From Oscillospiraceae bacterium (GTDB lineage Bacteria; Bacillota; Clostridia; Oscillospirales; Ruminococcaceae): a stretch of DNA of 64,000 bases. The stretch is from contig JAFZPP010000021.1 in NCBI GenBank assembly GCA_017550285.1, positions 21,874-85,873 of the forward strand. Reading direction: 5' to 3'. The notes beneath the pieces are model-generated. The model saw nothing but the letters and a program-made list of their open reading frames with translations. It did no database searches and was not told the DNA's origin. A program made the position numbers and the translations under genes. Shown in pieces: positions 45,186 to 54,608 of the stretch. Each line of letters begins with the position of its first letter. Position 1 is the stretch's first letter.

Positions 45186-45581
45186 ATGGACGCAGTCTGG
45201 CAGGAAATGTATGATGCCGCGAAGGCTGTTCTGAATGCGCGCAAAGTCTCTGACTATGTGACCTGCGGCGAGGTTGCGGCGGCGGTCCGTTCCAAATCGG
45301 GAAAGATTTATACCGGTATCTGCGTGGACACCTGCTCGACGCTCGGCATCTGTGCGGAGCGGAGCGCGATCTTTGCGATGCTGACCGCAGGGGAGCAGGA
45401 GATCGACAGGGTGCTTGCGATTCTCCCCGACGGCAGCAGCGGTGCGCCCTGCGGTGCGTGCCGCGAGCTCATGGTGCAGCTGATGCCGCAGACTTATCAG
45501 GATATTGAGATCATGATGAACACGGAGACCGGCAAAACAATTACGCTCGGTGAGATCACGCCGGAATGGTGGATTCCGTGA
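45186..45581 (+). CDS. cytidine deaminase-family zinc deaminase
   Basis: CAERSA and PCGACRE zinc-ligand motifs. The ATG at 45186, 9 nt after AGGAG, is preferred over the GTG at 45177. Confidence 0.85.
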   Translation: MDAVWQEMYDAAKAVLNARKVSDYVTCGEVAAAVRSKSGKIYTGICVDTCSTLGICAERSAIFAMLTAGEQEIDRVLAILPDGSSGAPCGACRELMVQLMPQTYQDIEIMMNTETGKTITLGEITPEWWIP

Positions 45582-45602
45582 GCTGCTTGCAGGAGATATG
45601 CT

Positions 45603-46094
45603 ATGCTTGAGCTGACGGTTGATCTGCATGATTATCCGGAGGATGCGCCCGTTTTCCGGAGAACTGCGGTGCGCGGCATTGCAAGGCGCGGCGACCGGTA
45701 TCTTGTGGTATACAGCCGCAAATACGGCGACTGCAAATTCCCGGGCGGCGGACAGGAGAAGGGCGAAAGCAATGCAGATACGCTGATTCGTGAGATGCGC
45801 GAGGAAGCAGGATACGATGTTCTGCCGGAGACTGTGCATGCCTTTCTGCTGCTGCATGAGCGTCGGAAGGGCATCTACGGCGACCGGTTCTTCATGGATT
45901 CATATTATTATTTTTGTGCGGTCGGTGATGCGGTACATCCGCAGAAGCTCGACGATTACGAGCGCGACGAGGGCTATGAGGCGCGCTGGCTGACGCTGCA
46001 AGAGGCGATTGCACTGAATGAAGCCGTTGACGATCAGGCGGTATGGGTGCAGCGTGATCTGGCAGTCATGAAAAAACTGACAGAAGAGATTTGA
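45603..46094 (+). CDS. NUDIX hydrolase
   Basis: Nudix box GGGQEKGESNADTLIREMREEAGY. Confidence 0.85.
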   Translation: MLELTVDLHDYPEDAPVFRRTAVRGIARRGDRYLVVYSRKYGDCKFPGGGQEKGESNADTLIREMREEAGYDVLPETVHAFLLLHERRKGIYGDRFFMDSYYYFCAVGDAVHPQKLDDYERDEGYEARWLTLQEAIALNEAVDDQAVWVQRDLAVMKKLTEEI

Positions 46095-46109
46095 CAGGAG
46101 GAAAAGACA

Positions 46110-46385
46110 ATGTTCAGCAGATGGAAAAGGTGGAACAGGTGGGAGCGCATATACTGTCTCCTGGTACTGGCATGCATGCTGATTTTGCTGCCGCTCGGAT
46201 TTGTATTCGTGTTTCTCATTCCGCTGCCGCATCATATCGGGCTCTGGATATTCCGGATCGGCATGCTGCTGATACCGGTATTCATGGGGCTTGCCGACTG
46301 GCGGACAGACCGGAAGAGCAGTTATTTTGAATTCGGCACGGCGGGTGCCATTTTGCTGGGAATCATTCTGTCAGGGATATTCTGA
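46110..46385 (+). CDS. small three-TM membrane protein
   Basis: RBS CAGGAGGA. Hydrophobic segments throughout. Confidence 0.6.
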   Translation: MFSRWKRWNRWERIYCLLVLACMLILLPLGFVFVFLIPLPHHIGLWIFRIGMLLIPVFMGLADWRTDRKSSYFEFGTAGAILLGIILSGIF

Positions 46386-46428
46386 ACGGTGCAGACCGTA
46401 TCATAAAAATGCTTCGGAGAATTCATAC

Positions 46429-47310
46429 ATGAGAGTTGCAAAAAACTGGGCGGATTACCGCCTGATTGATACAAAATCCGGCGAGCGGCTGGAACGGTGG
46501 GGCAATATTACGCTGATTCGTCCCGACCCGCAGGTCATCTGGCAGACGCCGCCGCTGACCGATCTCTGGAAATCCGCGGACGGTCACTATCACCGCTCCA
46601 AATCGGGCGGCGGACAGTGGGAATACCGCAAAAAGCCGCCGGAGAGCTGGCAGATTCGTTACCGTGATCTGCGGTTTATCGTGCGCCCGACCGGATTTAA
46701 GCATACCGGACTGTTTCCGGAGCAGGCGGTTAACTGGGACTGGATGCAGGAGACAATCCGCAATGCGGGGCGTCCGGTCCGCGTGCTGAATCTGTTTGCC
46801 TATACGGGCGGTGCGACACTTGCCTGTGCGGCGGCAGGCGCAGAGGTCTGCCATGTGGATGCGGCAAAGGGCATGGTGCAGTGGGCGCGTGAAAATGCCG
46901 CTGCTTCGGGACTGACCGAGAAGCCGATCCGCTGGATTGTCGATGACTGCGAGAAATTCATCCGCAGAGAGGCACGCCGCGGCAAGACCTATGATGCAAT
47001 TATCATGGACCCGCCAAGCTACGGGCGCGGTCCGGGCGGCGAAATCTGGAAGCTCGAAAACAGCATCTATCCGCTGGTTGAGGCATGTCTGGATGTGCTC
47101 TCGCCGGAGCCGCTGTTCTTTTTGCTCAACAGCTATACGACGGGGCTTTCGCCGTCGGTCATGGGCTATTTGCTGCACAGTCTGATTGTGCCGAAGTTCG
47201 GCGGTACGGTCTCCGCAGATGAGATCGGTCTGCCGGTGGAGCTTGCAAAGGCAGCGCTCCCATGCGGCGCGACGGCTATATGGCAGGCAGTGCCCGCAGG
47301 TATGATCTAA
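46429..47310 (+). CDS. class I SAM-dependent (RlmI/RlmK-like) RNA methyltransferase
   Basis: The start was trimmed to MRVAKNW. VLNLFAYTGGATLA (SAM-binding motif) and IIMDPPSYG (motif IV). The last 8 codons and the stop lie inside repeat copy E. Confidence 0.8.
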   Translation: MRVAKNWADYRLIDTKSGERLERWGNITLIRPDPQVIWQTPPLTDLWKSADGHYHRSKSGGGQWEYRKKPPESWQIRYRDLRFIVRPTGFKHTGLFPEQAVNWDWMQETIRNAGRPVRVLNLFAYTGGATLACAAAGAEVCHVDAAKGMVQWARENAAASGLTEKPIRWIVDDCEKFIRREARRGKTYDAIIMDPPSYGRGPGGEIWKLENSIYPLVEACLDVLSPEPLFFLLNSYTTGLSPSVMGYLLHSLIVPKFGGTVSADEIGLPVELAKAALPCGATAIWQAVPAGMI

Positions 47311-47318
47311 AGCCCGCC
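47282..47318. repeat. GC-palindrome/GATCTAAAG dispersed repeat, copy E
   Basis: ggcaggcagtgcccgcaggtatgatctaaagcccgcc. It overlaps the 3' end of the methyltransferase CDS. Confidence 0.7.
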
Positions 47319-47427
47319 GTCGTCACGCTCCGCAGAGCGCGAAATACCCTTATTGTTCACGCTGTTTTTTGCATATAAGTGAAGAATGTCGAGATTTTCT
47401 TTGCTCACATATGAAAAGGAGATGACT

Positions 47428-47895
47428 ATGATAATCCGAAGATTTACAGAATCGGATGCCGAAGCTGCGGCGCAGGTTGTTGCAGTCACAACGGAAATCA
47501 GCAACAGCCGCGACTATCCGCCGGAATATATTGAGCGACTCAAGGAGACGCATTCGGCAGAGGTGCTGATACAGCGTGCAAAGGAAGGGCATATGTATGT
47601 GATCTGCGACGGAGAAAAGATCGTCGGTACAGGCACAATCGCGCCGTTCTGGGGCAGCGAAACAGAGAGCATTCTGCTGACGATTTTCGTTCTGCCGGAT
47701 TATCAGGGCAAAGGGCTCGGGCGCGCGCTGATTGAAACGCTCGAACAGGATGCATATGCAAAGCGCGCAAGCCGCATTGAGATTCCCGCTTCGCTGACTG
47801 CCGTTCAATTCTACCGGCATCTCGGCTATGATTACAAAAACGGCGTCACGGAGCCGGAGGACGGACTGTTATACAGATTGGAAAAATTCAGATGA
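47428..47895 (+). CDS. GNAT-family N-acetyltransferase
   Basis: Acetyl-CoA motif ...VLPDYQGKGLGRALI.... The start is set at the ATG 6 nt after AAGGAG. 47422 and 47386 are alternatives. Confidence 0.85.
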   Translation: MIIRRFTESDAEAAAQVVAVTTEISNSRDYPPEYIERLKETHSAEVLIQRAKEGHMYVICDGEKIVGTGTIAPFWGSETESILLTIFVLPDYQGKGLGRALIETLEQDAYAKRASRIEIPASLTAVQFYRHLGYDYKNGVTEPEDGLLYRLEKFR

Positions 47896-48545
47896 GTTAT
47901 AAAATTGTTGATATGGAAACATATTACCGGCGCGGGGTGTTCCGGCATTTTTCGCAGGACTGCAAATGCTCTGTGTCGATCACGAGCCGGATTGATGTCA
48001 CGGCGCTGCGGACATTCTCCAAGCGAACAGATACGCGGTTTTATCTCAATTTCCTCTATGTGCTGAGCCGTGCACTCAATGCGAGGGAGGATTACCGCCT
48101 ATCGTGGGACTGGCAGAACGAGCGTCTGCTCTGCTGGGACAAAATCAACCCGACGCAGTATGTGTTCCACGCGGACACCGAGACCTTTACGCTTGCATAT
48201 ACCGAATATGATCCGGATTATGCGGTATTCTATGCGCGTGCGCTTGCCGATCTGGAGGCGGCGCAGCAGACGCGCGATTACGGGCTGGACAGCGAACAGC
48301 ATCCGAACTGGTTTGATGCATCCTGCGTGCCGTGGCTGCATTATGATTCGCTGCATGTGGAACTGCCGGACGGATATTTATACTTTAACCCGATTGTCAA
48401 CTGGGGTGCATATGCAGAGGAAAACGGCAGATACATGATGCCGGTGACAGTCAGAATGAATCACGCATCTGCGGACGGATATCAGATTGCAAGCGTGTTC
48501 AGACTGATTGCGGAAGAAATCAAGACACTTTGCGGAGCGGAATAA
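47892..48545 (+). CDS. chloramphenicol acetyltransferase (CAT, type A)-family protein
   Basis: Collinear with classical CATs (...RR..F..F......S.T..IDVT.L...; ...MPV.V..NHASADGYQ...). The catalytic His is retained (HHAVCDG becomes NHASADG). Confidence 0.8.
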   Translation: MSYKIVDMETYYRRGVFRHFSQDCKCSVSITSRIDVTALRTFSKRTDTRFYLNFLYVLSRALNAREDYRLSWDWQNERLLCWDKINPTQYVFHADTETFTLAYTEYDPDYAVFYARALADLEAAQQTRDYGLDSEQHPNWFDASCVPWLHYDSLHVELPDGYLYFNPIVNWGAYAEENGRYMMPVTVRMNHASADGYQIASVFRLIAEEIKTLCGAE

Positions 48546-48603
48546 TCCGCAGCAGTATACAGAAAGCCGGAAACGGCGAAGATTACGGAGGTCGGCGTAG
48601 CCG

Positions 48604-49491
48604 GTGGAGAAACTCATAACAATCGAAAATGCGCATTTTTCGTATCCCGCTGCGGAGGAGAATGAAAAACCCGCCGAGGTGCTCAAGGGCATCTCGCTTG
48701 AATTTGAGCACGGGGAGCTTGTCGCGGTGCTGGGGCATAACGGTTCCGGCAAATCGACGCTTGCAAAGCTGCTTAATGCGGTTCTGCTGCCGACAGAGGG
48801 CACTGTCACGGTCGCCGGTATGGATACGAAGGATGAGGAGAAACTGCTGGAGATCCGGCAGCATGTCGGCATGGTGTTCCAGAATCCCGATAACCAGATT
48901 GTTGCGACGATTGTCGAGGAGGATGTGGCATTCGGGCTCGAAAACCTAGGCGTACCGAGCGATGAGATGCGCGTGCGTGTTGATCAGGCATTGCAGGCGG
49001 TCGGGATGTATGAATACCGCAGTCACGCGCCGCATCAGCTTTCGGGCGGACAGAAGCAGCGTGTGGCAATCGCGGGCATCATTGCGATGCGTCCGGACTG
49101 TATCGTGCTCGATGAGCCGACTGCGATGCTTGATCCGCAGGGCAGAAAGGAAGTCATGCGGACGGTCAAGCTGCTCAACCGCGATTACGGCATCACGGTT
49201 ATTCTGATTACGCATGAAATGGATGAAGCGGCACAGTGCGACCGCGTCATTGTGGTCGATCACGGCGAGGTGCGCATGGATGCACCGCCGGAGAAGGTGT
49301 TTTCGCATGTGCAGGAAATGCGCGCAATCGGACTCGATGTCCCGCAGCCGACGGAGCTCTGCGATCTGCTGCGGCAGGCAGGCTTCGACCTCGATCCGGA
49401 GATCATGACGCCGGAGGCATGCGCGGAGGCGATTGCAAAGCTGTTTCAGTCAGGAGACAAGCCGTGTCATGCTGCCGGACAAACGGAATGA
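48604..49491 (+). CDS. ecfA1: energy-coupling factor transporter ATPase EcfA1
   Basis: Walker [10 protein letters not shown], signature LSGGQKQR, Walker B IVLDEPT. GTG start from the ORF track. Confidence 0.9.
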   Translation: MEKLITIENAHFSYPAAEENEKPAEVLKGISLEFEHGELVAVLGHNGSGKSTLAKLLNAVLLPTEGTVTVAGMDTKDEEKLLEIRQHVGMVFQNPDNQIVATIVEEDVAFGLENLGVPSDEMRVRVDQALQAVGMYEYRSHAPHQLSGGQKQRVAIAGIIAMRPDCIVLDEPTAMLDPQGRKEVMRTVKLLNRDYGITVILITHEMDEAAQCDRVIVVDHGEVRMDAPPEKVFSHVQEMRAIGLDVPQPTELCDLLRQAGFDLDPEIMTPEACAEAIAKLFQSGDKPCHAAGQTE

Positions 49492-49553
49492 CAGGATACA
49501 GAGAATCCGCTGAGGACACTGTCCTCACAGCTTAATTTGAAAGGAACTTGTCA

Positions 49554-50423
49554 ATGCCGATTCTTGAAGCAAAGAATCTGACCTATACTTACAGCATCGG
49601 TTCGCCGTTTGAGAAAACTGCAATCGACCATATTGACCTGCAAATCGAGCAGGGTGAATTTGTCGGCATCATCGGGCATACCGGCTCGGGCAAATCGACG
49701 CTGATGCAGATGATGAACGGACTTCTGAAACCGACCGACGGCACTGTCCTGCTTGAAGGAAAGGATATCTGGGCAAAGGGCGCTGACCGCAGAGCCGTGC
49801 GCTTTGCAGTCGGACTGGTGTTCCAGTATCCGGAATATCAGCTCTTTGAGGAGACTGTCTACAAGGATATCGCGTTCGGTCCGAAGAATATGGGACTGGA
49901 TGAGAAGGAGATCGACCGCAGAGTGCGCGAGACTGCCGAAGCCGTGGGACTCAGTGAAGAACTGCTCGAAAAGCCGCCCTATGCGCTCTCCGGCGGACAG
50001 AAGCGCAGAGTCGCAATCGCCGGTGTCATGGCAATGGAGCCGAAGGTGCTGATTCTCGATGAGCCGACCGCCGGTCTTGATCCGATGGGCAGAACGACAA
50101 TCCTCACGCAGCTTGCCGCCTATCAGAAGCGCACGGGCTGCACCGTTATGCTTGTATCGCACAGCATGGAGGATGTCGCAAAATATGTCTCGAAGCTGCT
50201 GGTGCTCTCGCATGCAAAGATCGTCTGCTTTGATACGCCCTCGAATGTCTTTGCGCGCGGTGCGGCGCTGGAGGAAATGGGACTTGCCCTGCCGCAGATC
50301 ACGCGCGTCTTTCATGCGCTGCGCGAACGCGGCATCGACTTCCCCGATGAGGTCTATACGGTCAAATACGGTGCGGAGCTGCTGCGCAAGGCGCTTGCGG
50401 AAAGGGGCGTCGGAGCATGCTGA
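49554..50423 (+). CDS. ecfA2: energy-coupling factor transporter ATPase EcfA2
   Basis: Walker A GHTGSGKST, signature LSGGQKRR, Walker B LILDEPT. The start is set at the ATG (MPILEAK). Confidence 0.9.
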   Translation: MPILEAKNLTYTYSIGSPFEKTAIDHIDLQIEQGEFVGIIGHTGSGKSTLMQMMNGLLKPTDGTVLLEGKDIWAKGADRRAVRFAVGLVFQYPEYQLFEETVYKDIAFGPKNMGLDEKEIDRRVRETAEAVGLSEELLEKPPYALSGGQKRRVAIAGVMAMEPKVLILDEPTAGLDPMGRTTILTQLAAYQKRTGCTVMLVSHSMEDVAKYVSKLLVLSHAKIVCFDTPSNVFARGAALEEMGLALPQITRVFHALRERGIDFPDEVYTVKYGAELLRKALAERGVGAC

Positions 50424-51223
50424 AGGATATCACGCTCGGGCAGTATTTCCCGATGAACAGCGTCGTGCACAGAATGGATGCGCGCTATAAGATTATCATT
50501 ACGCTGCTGTTCCTTGTCATGCTTTTCTGGGGGCAGCATCTGACCTCGCTGATCGCCGGATTCCTGTTCGTGATTCTGGCGACGGTCTGCTCGAAAATTC
50601 CGCCGAAAATGCTGATGAAGAGTATCAAGCCGATTGTCCCGATTCTGATTGTGACCGGCTGCCTGAATCTCTTTCTGCTGGAGGGCGGAGAGACCTATTT
50701 TGCATGGAAATTCATTAAGATCACGGAGCAGGGCGTACAGACCTCTGCCTTTATGCTTGTGCGCATCTGCCTGCTGATTGCCGGCACCTCGCTGCTGACC
50801 TATACGACCTCGCCGATCGTGCTGACGGATGCGATCGAATCGCTGCTGTCTCCGCTCAAAAAGCTGAAAATGCCGGTGCATGAGCTGGCAATGATGATGA
50901 CGATTGCGCTGCGGTTTATTCCGACGCTGATCGAGGAGACAGATAAGATCATGGCGGCGCAGAAGGCGCGCGGTGCCGATATGGAAAGCGGCAGCCTTGT
51001 GCAGCGTGCGCAGGCGCTGATTCCGATTCTGATTCCGCTGTTTGTCTCGGCATTCCGCCGCGCAGAGGAGCTTGCGCTTGCAATGGAGTGCCGCTGCTAT
51101 CACGGCGGTGAGGGCAGAACCAGACTGCGCGAGCTGAAAAGCGGGCTGCGCGATTATGTTGCCCTCGGCATTACGCTTTTGATGTTTGCCGCAGTGATCG
51201 TCCTGAACATTCTGCTGCACTGA
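50417..51223 (+). CDS. ecfT: energy-coupling factor transporter transmembrane protein EcfT
   Basis: CbiQ/EcfT topology and the conserved ...AQKARGAD... coupling helix motif. It overlaps the ecfA2 stop. Confidence 0.9.
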   Translation: MLKDITLGQYFPMNSVVHRMDARYKIIITLLFLVMLFWGQHLTSLIAGFLFVILATVCSKIPPKMLMKSIKPIVPILIVTGCLNLFLLEGGETYFAWKFIKITEQGVQTSAFMLVRICLLIAGTSLLTYTTSPIVLTDAIESLLSPLKKLKMPVHELAMMMTIALRFIPTLIEETDKIMAAQKARGADMESGSLVQRAQALIPILIPLFVSAFRRAEELALAMECRCYHGGEGRTRLRELKSGLRDYVALGITLLMFAAVIVLNILLH

Positions 51224-51224
51224 T

Positions 51225-53825
51225 ATGAAGGAAAAATATAAACCGCATCTGTACCGGATGCTGAGCTTTCTGGTTCCCTGCTGCATTATGCTGGCGGTAT
51301 TTGCGCTGAACGGCAAATATCCCTTCGGCAAGGATGCACTGCTCGAATCGGATGCGGCGGCGCAGTATTATCCGTTTCTGCTGCTGCTGCGCAGGACCGT
51401 CCGCTCCGGCGGAAGCCTGCTTTATACATGGCGCGCCGGTCTCGGTACAAATTTCTGGGCGCTGATTTCGTATTACTGTCTGAGCCCGTGGAATCTGGTC
51501 GCGCTGCTGCTGCCGGAGTCTGCGATGCAGCTTTATCTGTCACTGTCGGTCTGCGTCCGCATGGGACTTGCAGGTCTCACTGCGGCGGTTCTGATGCAGA
51601 CGCTCTCGCAGAAGCAGAGCCCTGCCATTCCTGTGTTTGCTTCGCTTTACGGTCTGAGCCAGTGGATGATCTGGAATTATTTTCAGCTGATCTGGCTGGA
51701 TGCTGCGATGCTGATGCCGCTGCTGCTTGCAGGCATGGTGCGCATGGTGCGCGACCGCCGCTGCAAGCTGTTCACGGCGGTACTGCTGCTCTCGCTGATC
51801 TGCAATCCGTATTTCAGCTTCATCACCTGCGAGATGACCTTTCTCTGCTGGATTTGTGCACTGATTATCTGGAAAAAGCCGCTGCGGACGCTGCCGCGTG
51901 AGGCAGGCAGATTTTTCGGCTGTGCACTGCTCTCCGGAGGCATGGCGGCTGTGATACTGGTACCGCTGGCATTTGCGGTCAGGGTGACCGGTGCTTCGGG
52001 GCAGTCGATGCCGGACCTGCTGACGTTTCCGGACAGCATTCCGGCGCTGCTCGGCAGAATGGTTTCCATGACCTACCCGATTCAGCATATCGGCATGCCG
52101 AATCTTTCATGCAGTATGCTCGGCGTGCTGCTGTTTGCAGGCTTTCTGACGGCAAAGCGGATTCCGCTGCGCGAGCGTCTGACAGTCGCCGGACTGCTGC
52201 TGTTTCTGCTGCTGAGTCTCTGGTATCCGCCGCTCAATTATATCTGGCACGGCTTCCATGTGCCGAACGGGTTTATTCACCGCTTTGCGTTTCTGGTGCC
52301 GTTCGTGCTGCTGATGGCGGGCTGGCGCTTTACGGCGACGCTCGGCGAATCGGACGGCGAACCGCTCCGGAATCGCCTTTTGCAGCTCGGCATCATGCTT
52401 GCCGCTGCGGGCGGTATCTGCATCTGCGGAGCTGTTACCGAGGCGACGGATATTATTCTGGTGTCCGTGTTGTTTCTGCTGGTTTACGGTGCGCTGTATC
52501 TCTGGCAGTATCTCAGACCGCAGCACCGGAAGGCAGTCTGCGGCTTGCTGCTCTGCGGCATCTCCGCAGAAACCTTTATCTCCGCGCAGCTTCAGATCAG
52601 CTTTCTGACAAACTTTTATCTTGCATCTCAACTGCAAGAGCAGCCCGAAATTGCCGAAGCTGCCGCCGCGATCCGTTCCGATTCCGGCAGTCAGCCGCAG
52701 CGGACTGCATCTTCTATGGGACACGGCTTCAATCCGGAGCTGTTTTCCGATCTGCCCTTCGGCGGGACGCTCTATTCTTCGCTGATTCCGGGCAGGCTTT
52801 CCGATACGCTTTCGGCGCTCGGCATGTATTCCGGTGCCGATCTGAACCGTTATTTCTATCAGCCGCTGCCGCCGGTTTCGGTGCTGCTGACCGATATCCG
52901 CTATGTGATTGCACCAAACGGCGGCGATTTTCCCGCGCCGTTTTATGCACCGCTGGGAGATACCGCTGCGGTGAAGTTTCAATATGATCTGCCGTTCGGC
53001 TTCTGCATTCCGGAGCCCTTGACACTTCTGCCGGAGGATTCCTGTCCTTTGCGGCAGAACCGGCTGTTCCGGACGGCTGCCGACCGTGATGCCTGCGTGA
53101 TTCTGCCGGCTGCCGTGCGCTCGGATGATGCCGTACTGGAAGGCGATCCGAATGGCACAGTGCAATGCAAAACCGGTGACAATGCACGCAATATCGTGAC
53201 TTATGCATTTACTGCCGATGCAGACGGCTGGTATATCTACGATATTCTGGCAGATGAGTCAGTCAGCGCCGCGCTCAAGCGCTATGATGTGAAGGCGGAC
53301 GGTGAAGTTCTGCTGTCCCAGCAGTATCTGCCGACTGAGCCGTATGCGCATACCGGCGAGATGTGCTCCGCCGGCATGCTCAGGAAAGGACAGAAGCTCG
53401 AGATCATGCTCGTGCTGCGTCCGGAGACGGCGGGAACCCTCTGCGTGCAGGCTGCAAGACTGGATGAGGCTGCATTTGCCGCGGGCTTGCAGGAGATCGG
53501 TACATCCGCGCTCAGCGATGTGCAGGTGCAGGATACGGAGATCACCGGCAGGATCACGGCAACCGCACAGAAGCCGCTGCTTTATCTGCCGGTCCCCTAT
53601 GATAAGGGCTGGCATGCCGAGATTGACGGGCAGTCTGCGGAGATCACCGAAGCGATGCCCGGTATGCTCGGACTGAAGCTCTCTGCCGGAACGCATACGA
53701 TCCGGCTGTATTACCGTCCGCAGGGCTTTGCCGCGGGCTGCATCATCAGTATCATCAGTATTCTGCTGTGTCCGGTGCTGCTGTACCGCCGCAGTGCGAA
53801 AAAAGACCGTTCGGAGGACGAATGA
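51225..53825 (+). CDS. YfhO-family polytopic membrane protein (putative glycosyltransferase)
   Basis: 866 aa. The N-terminal ...YPFGKDALLESDAAAQYYPF...LLYTWRAGLGTNFWALISYYCLSPWN... is typical of YfhO. Confidence 0.85.
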   Translation: MKEKYKPHLYRMLSFLVPCCIMLAVFALNGKYPFGKDALLESDAAAQYYPFLLLLRRTVRSGGSLLYTWRAGLGTNFWALISYYCLSPWNLVALLLPESAMQLYLSLSVCVRMGLAGLTAAVLMQTLSQKQSPAIPVFASLYGLSQWMIWNYFQLIWLDAAMLMPLLLAGMVRMVRDRRCKLFTAVLLLSLICNPYFSFITCEMTFLCWICALIIWKKPLRTLPREAGRFFGCALLSGGMAAVILVPLAFAVRVTGASGQSMPDLLTFPDSIPALLGRMVSMTYPIQHIGMPNLSCSMLGVLLFAGFLTAKRIPLRERLTVAGLLLFLLLSLWYPPLNYIWHGFHVPNGFIHRFAFLVPFVLLMAGWRFTATLGESDGEPLRNRLLQLGIMLAAAGGICICGAVTEATDIILVSVLFLLVYGALYLWQYLRPQHRKAVCGLLLCGISAETFISAQLQISFLTNFYLASQLQEQPEIAEAAAAIRSDSGSQPQRTASSMGHGFNPELFSDLPFGGTLYSSLIPGRLSDTLSALGMYSGADLNRYFYQPLPPVSVLLTDIRYVIAPNGGDFPAPFYAPLGDTAAVKFQYDLPFGFCIPEPLTLLPEDSCPLRQNRLFRTAADRDACVILPAAVRSDDAVLEGDPNGTVQCKTGDNARNIVTYAFTADADGWYIYDILADESVSAALKRYDVKADGEVLLSQQYLPTEPYAHTGEMCSAGMLRKGQKLEIMLVLRPETAGTLCVQAARLDEAAFAAGLQEIGTSALSDVQVQDTEITGRITATAQKPLLYLPVPYDKGWHAEIDGQSAEITEAMPGMLGLKLSAGTHTIRLYYRPQGFAAGCIISIISILLCPVLLYRRSAKKDRSEDE

Positions 53826-54584
53826 ATGCGCACACTCAAAATGACAATCGCATACCGCGGCACGCGCTATCACGGCTTTCAGCGGCAGCCCAATGCCGTA
53901 ACGGTGCAGGGTGAGCTGGAAAAACAGCTTGCGCGCGTGCTGAACGGTCCGGTGACAGCTTACGGCTGCTCGCGGACCGATACCGGCGTCCATGCGAATA
54001 TGTTTGTGCTGCATCTGCATACGGACCGCGTGATTCCCTGTAAGAATCTGGTGCGCGCACTGAACGGTTATCTGCCGGAGGATATCTCCGTGCTTGCCTG
54101 CGAGGATGCGCCGCCGGAATTTCATGCGCGGTTTGACTGCAAGGGCAAGGAGTATCTCTACCGGATTCACTGTCACGAGAGCAAAAATCCCTTTCTGACC
54201 GATCTTGCGTTCCATTACCGCAGACCGCTCGATCTTGAGAAAATCCGGTATGCGGCGGCGCAGGTGACGGGTACGCATGATTTCCACAGCTTCTGTGCGC
54301 AGGCGACAGCGGAATCAAACTGTATCCGGACGATCTACGGGACTGCCGTGGAGGCGAACGGCAGCGATGTTGCAATCCGGATTCGCGGCGACGGCTTTCT
54401 CTATAATATGGTGCGGATTTTCGTCGGCACGCTGCTCGATATCAATGAGGGCGTATTTTCGCCGGATGCGATGCCGGAGATTCTTGCCGCAAAAGACCGT
54501 CTGGCGGCAGGCAGAACCGCCATGGCGCACGGGCTTTACTTAAATCAGGTGTTTTATTCTGACGCCGAATGCAGAAAAATATAA
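53826..54584 (+). CDS. truA: tRNA pseudouridine(38-40) synthase TruA
   Basis: ...IAYRGTRYHGFQRQ... and the catalytic Asp loop CSRTDTGVHA. Confidence 0.93.
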   Translation: MRTLKMTIAYRGTRYHGFQRQPNAVTVQGELEKQLARVLNGPVTAYGCSRTDTGVHANMFVLHLHTDRVIPCKNLVRALNGYLPEDISVLACEDAPPEFHARFDCKGKEYLYRIHCHESKNPFLTDLAFHYRRPLDLEKIRYAAAQVTGTHDFHSFCAQATAESNCIRTIYGTAVEANGSDVAIRIRGDGFLYNMVRIFVGTLLDINEGVFSPDAMPEILAAKDRLAAGRTAMAHGLYLNQVFYSDAECRKI

Positions 54585-54608
54585 TCCGAACGAAAGAAGG
54601 GCGCAATC

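Noticed and set aside
47892-48545. CAT-family gene as evidence of an acquired resistance island or mobile element.
   Set aside because: The window has no transposase, integrase, plasmid genes or flanking inverted repeats. The gene overlaps the upstream GNAT gene by ATGA, and its composition matches the surrounding genes.
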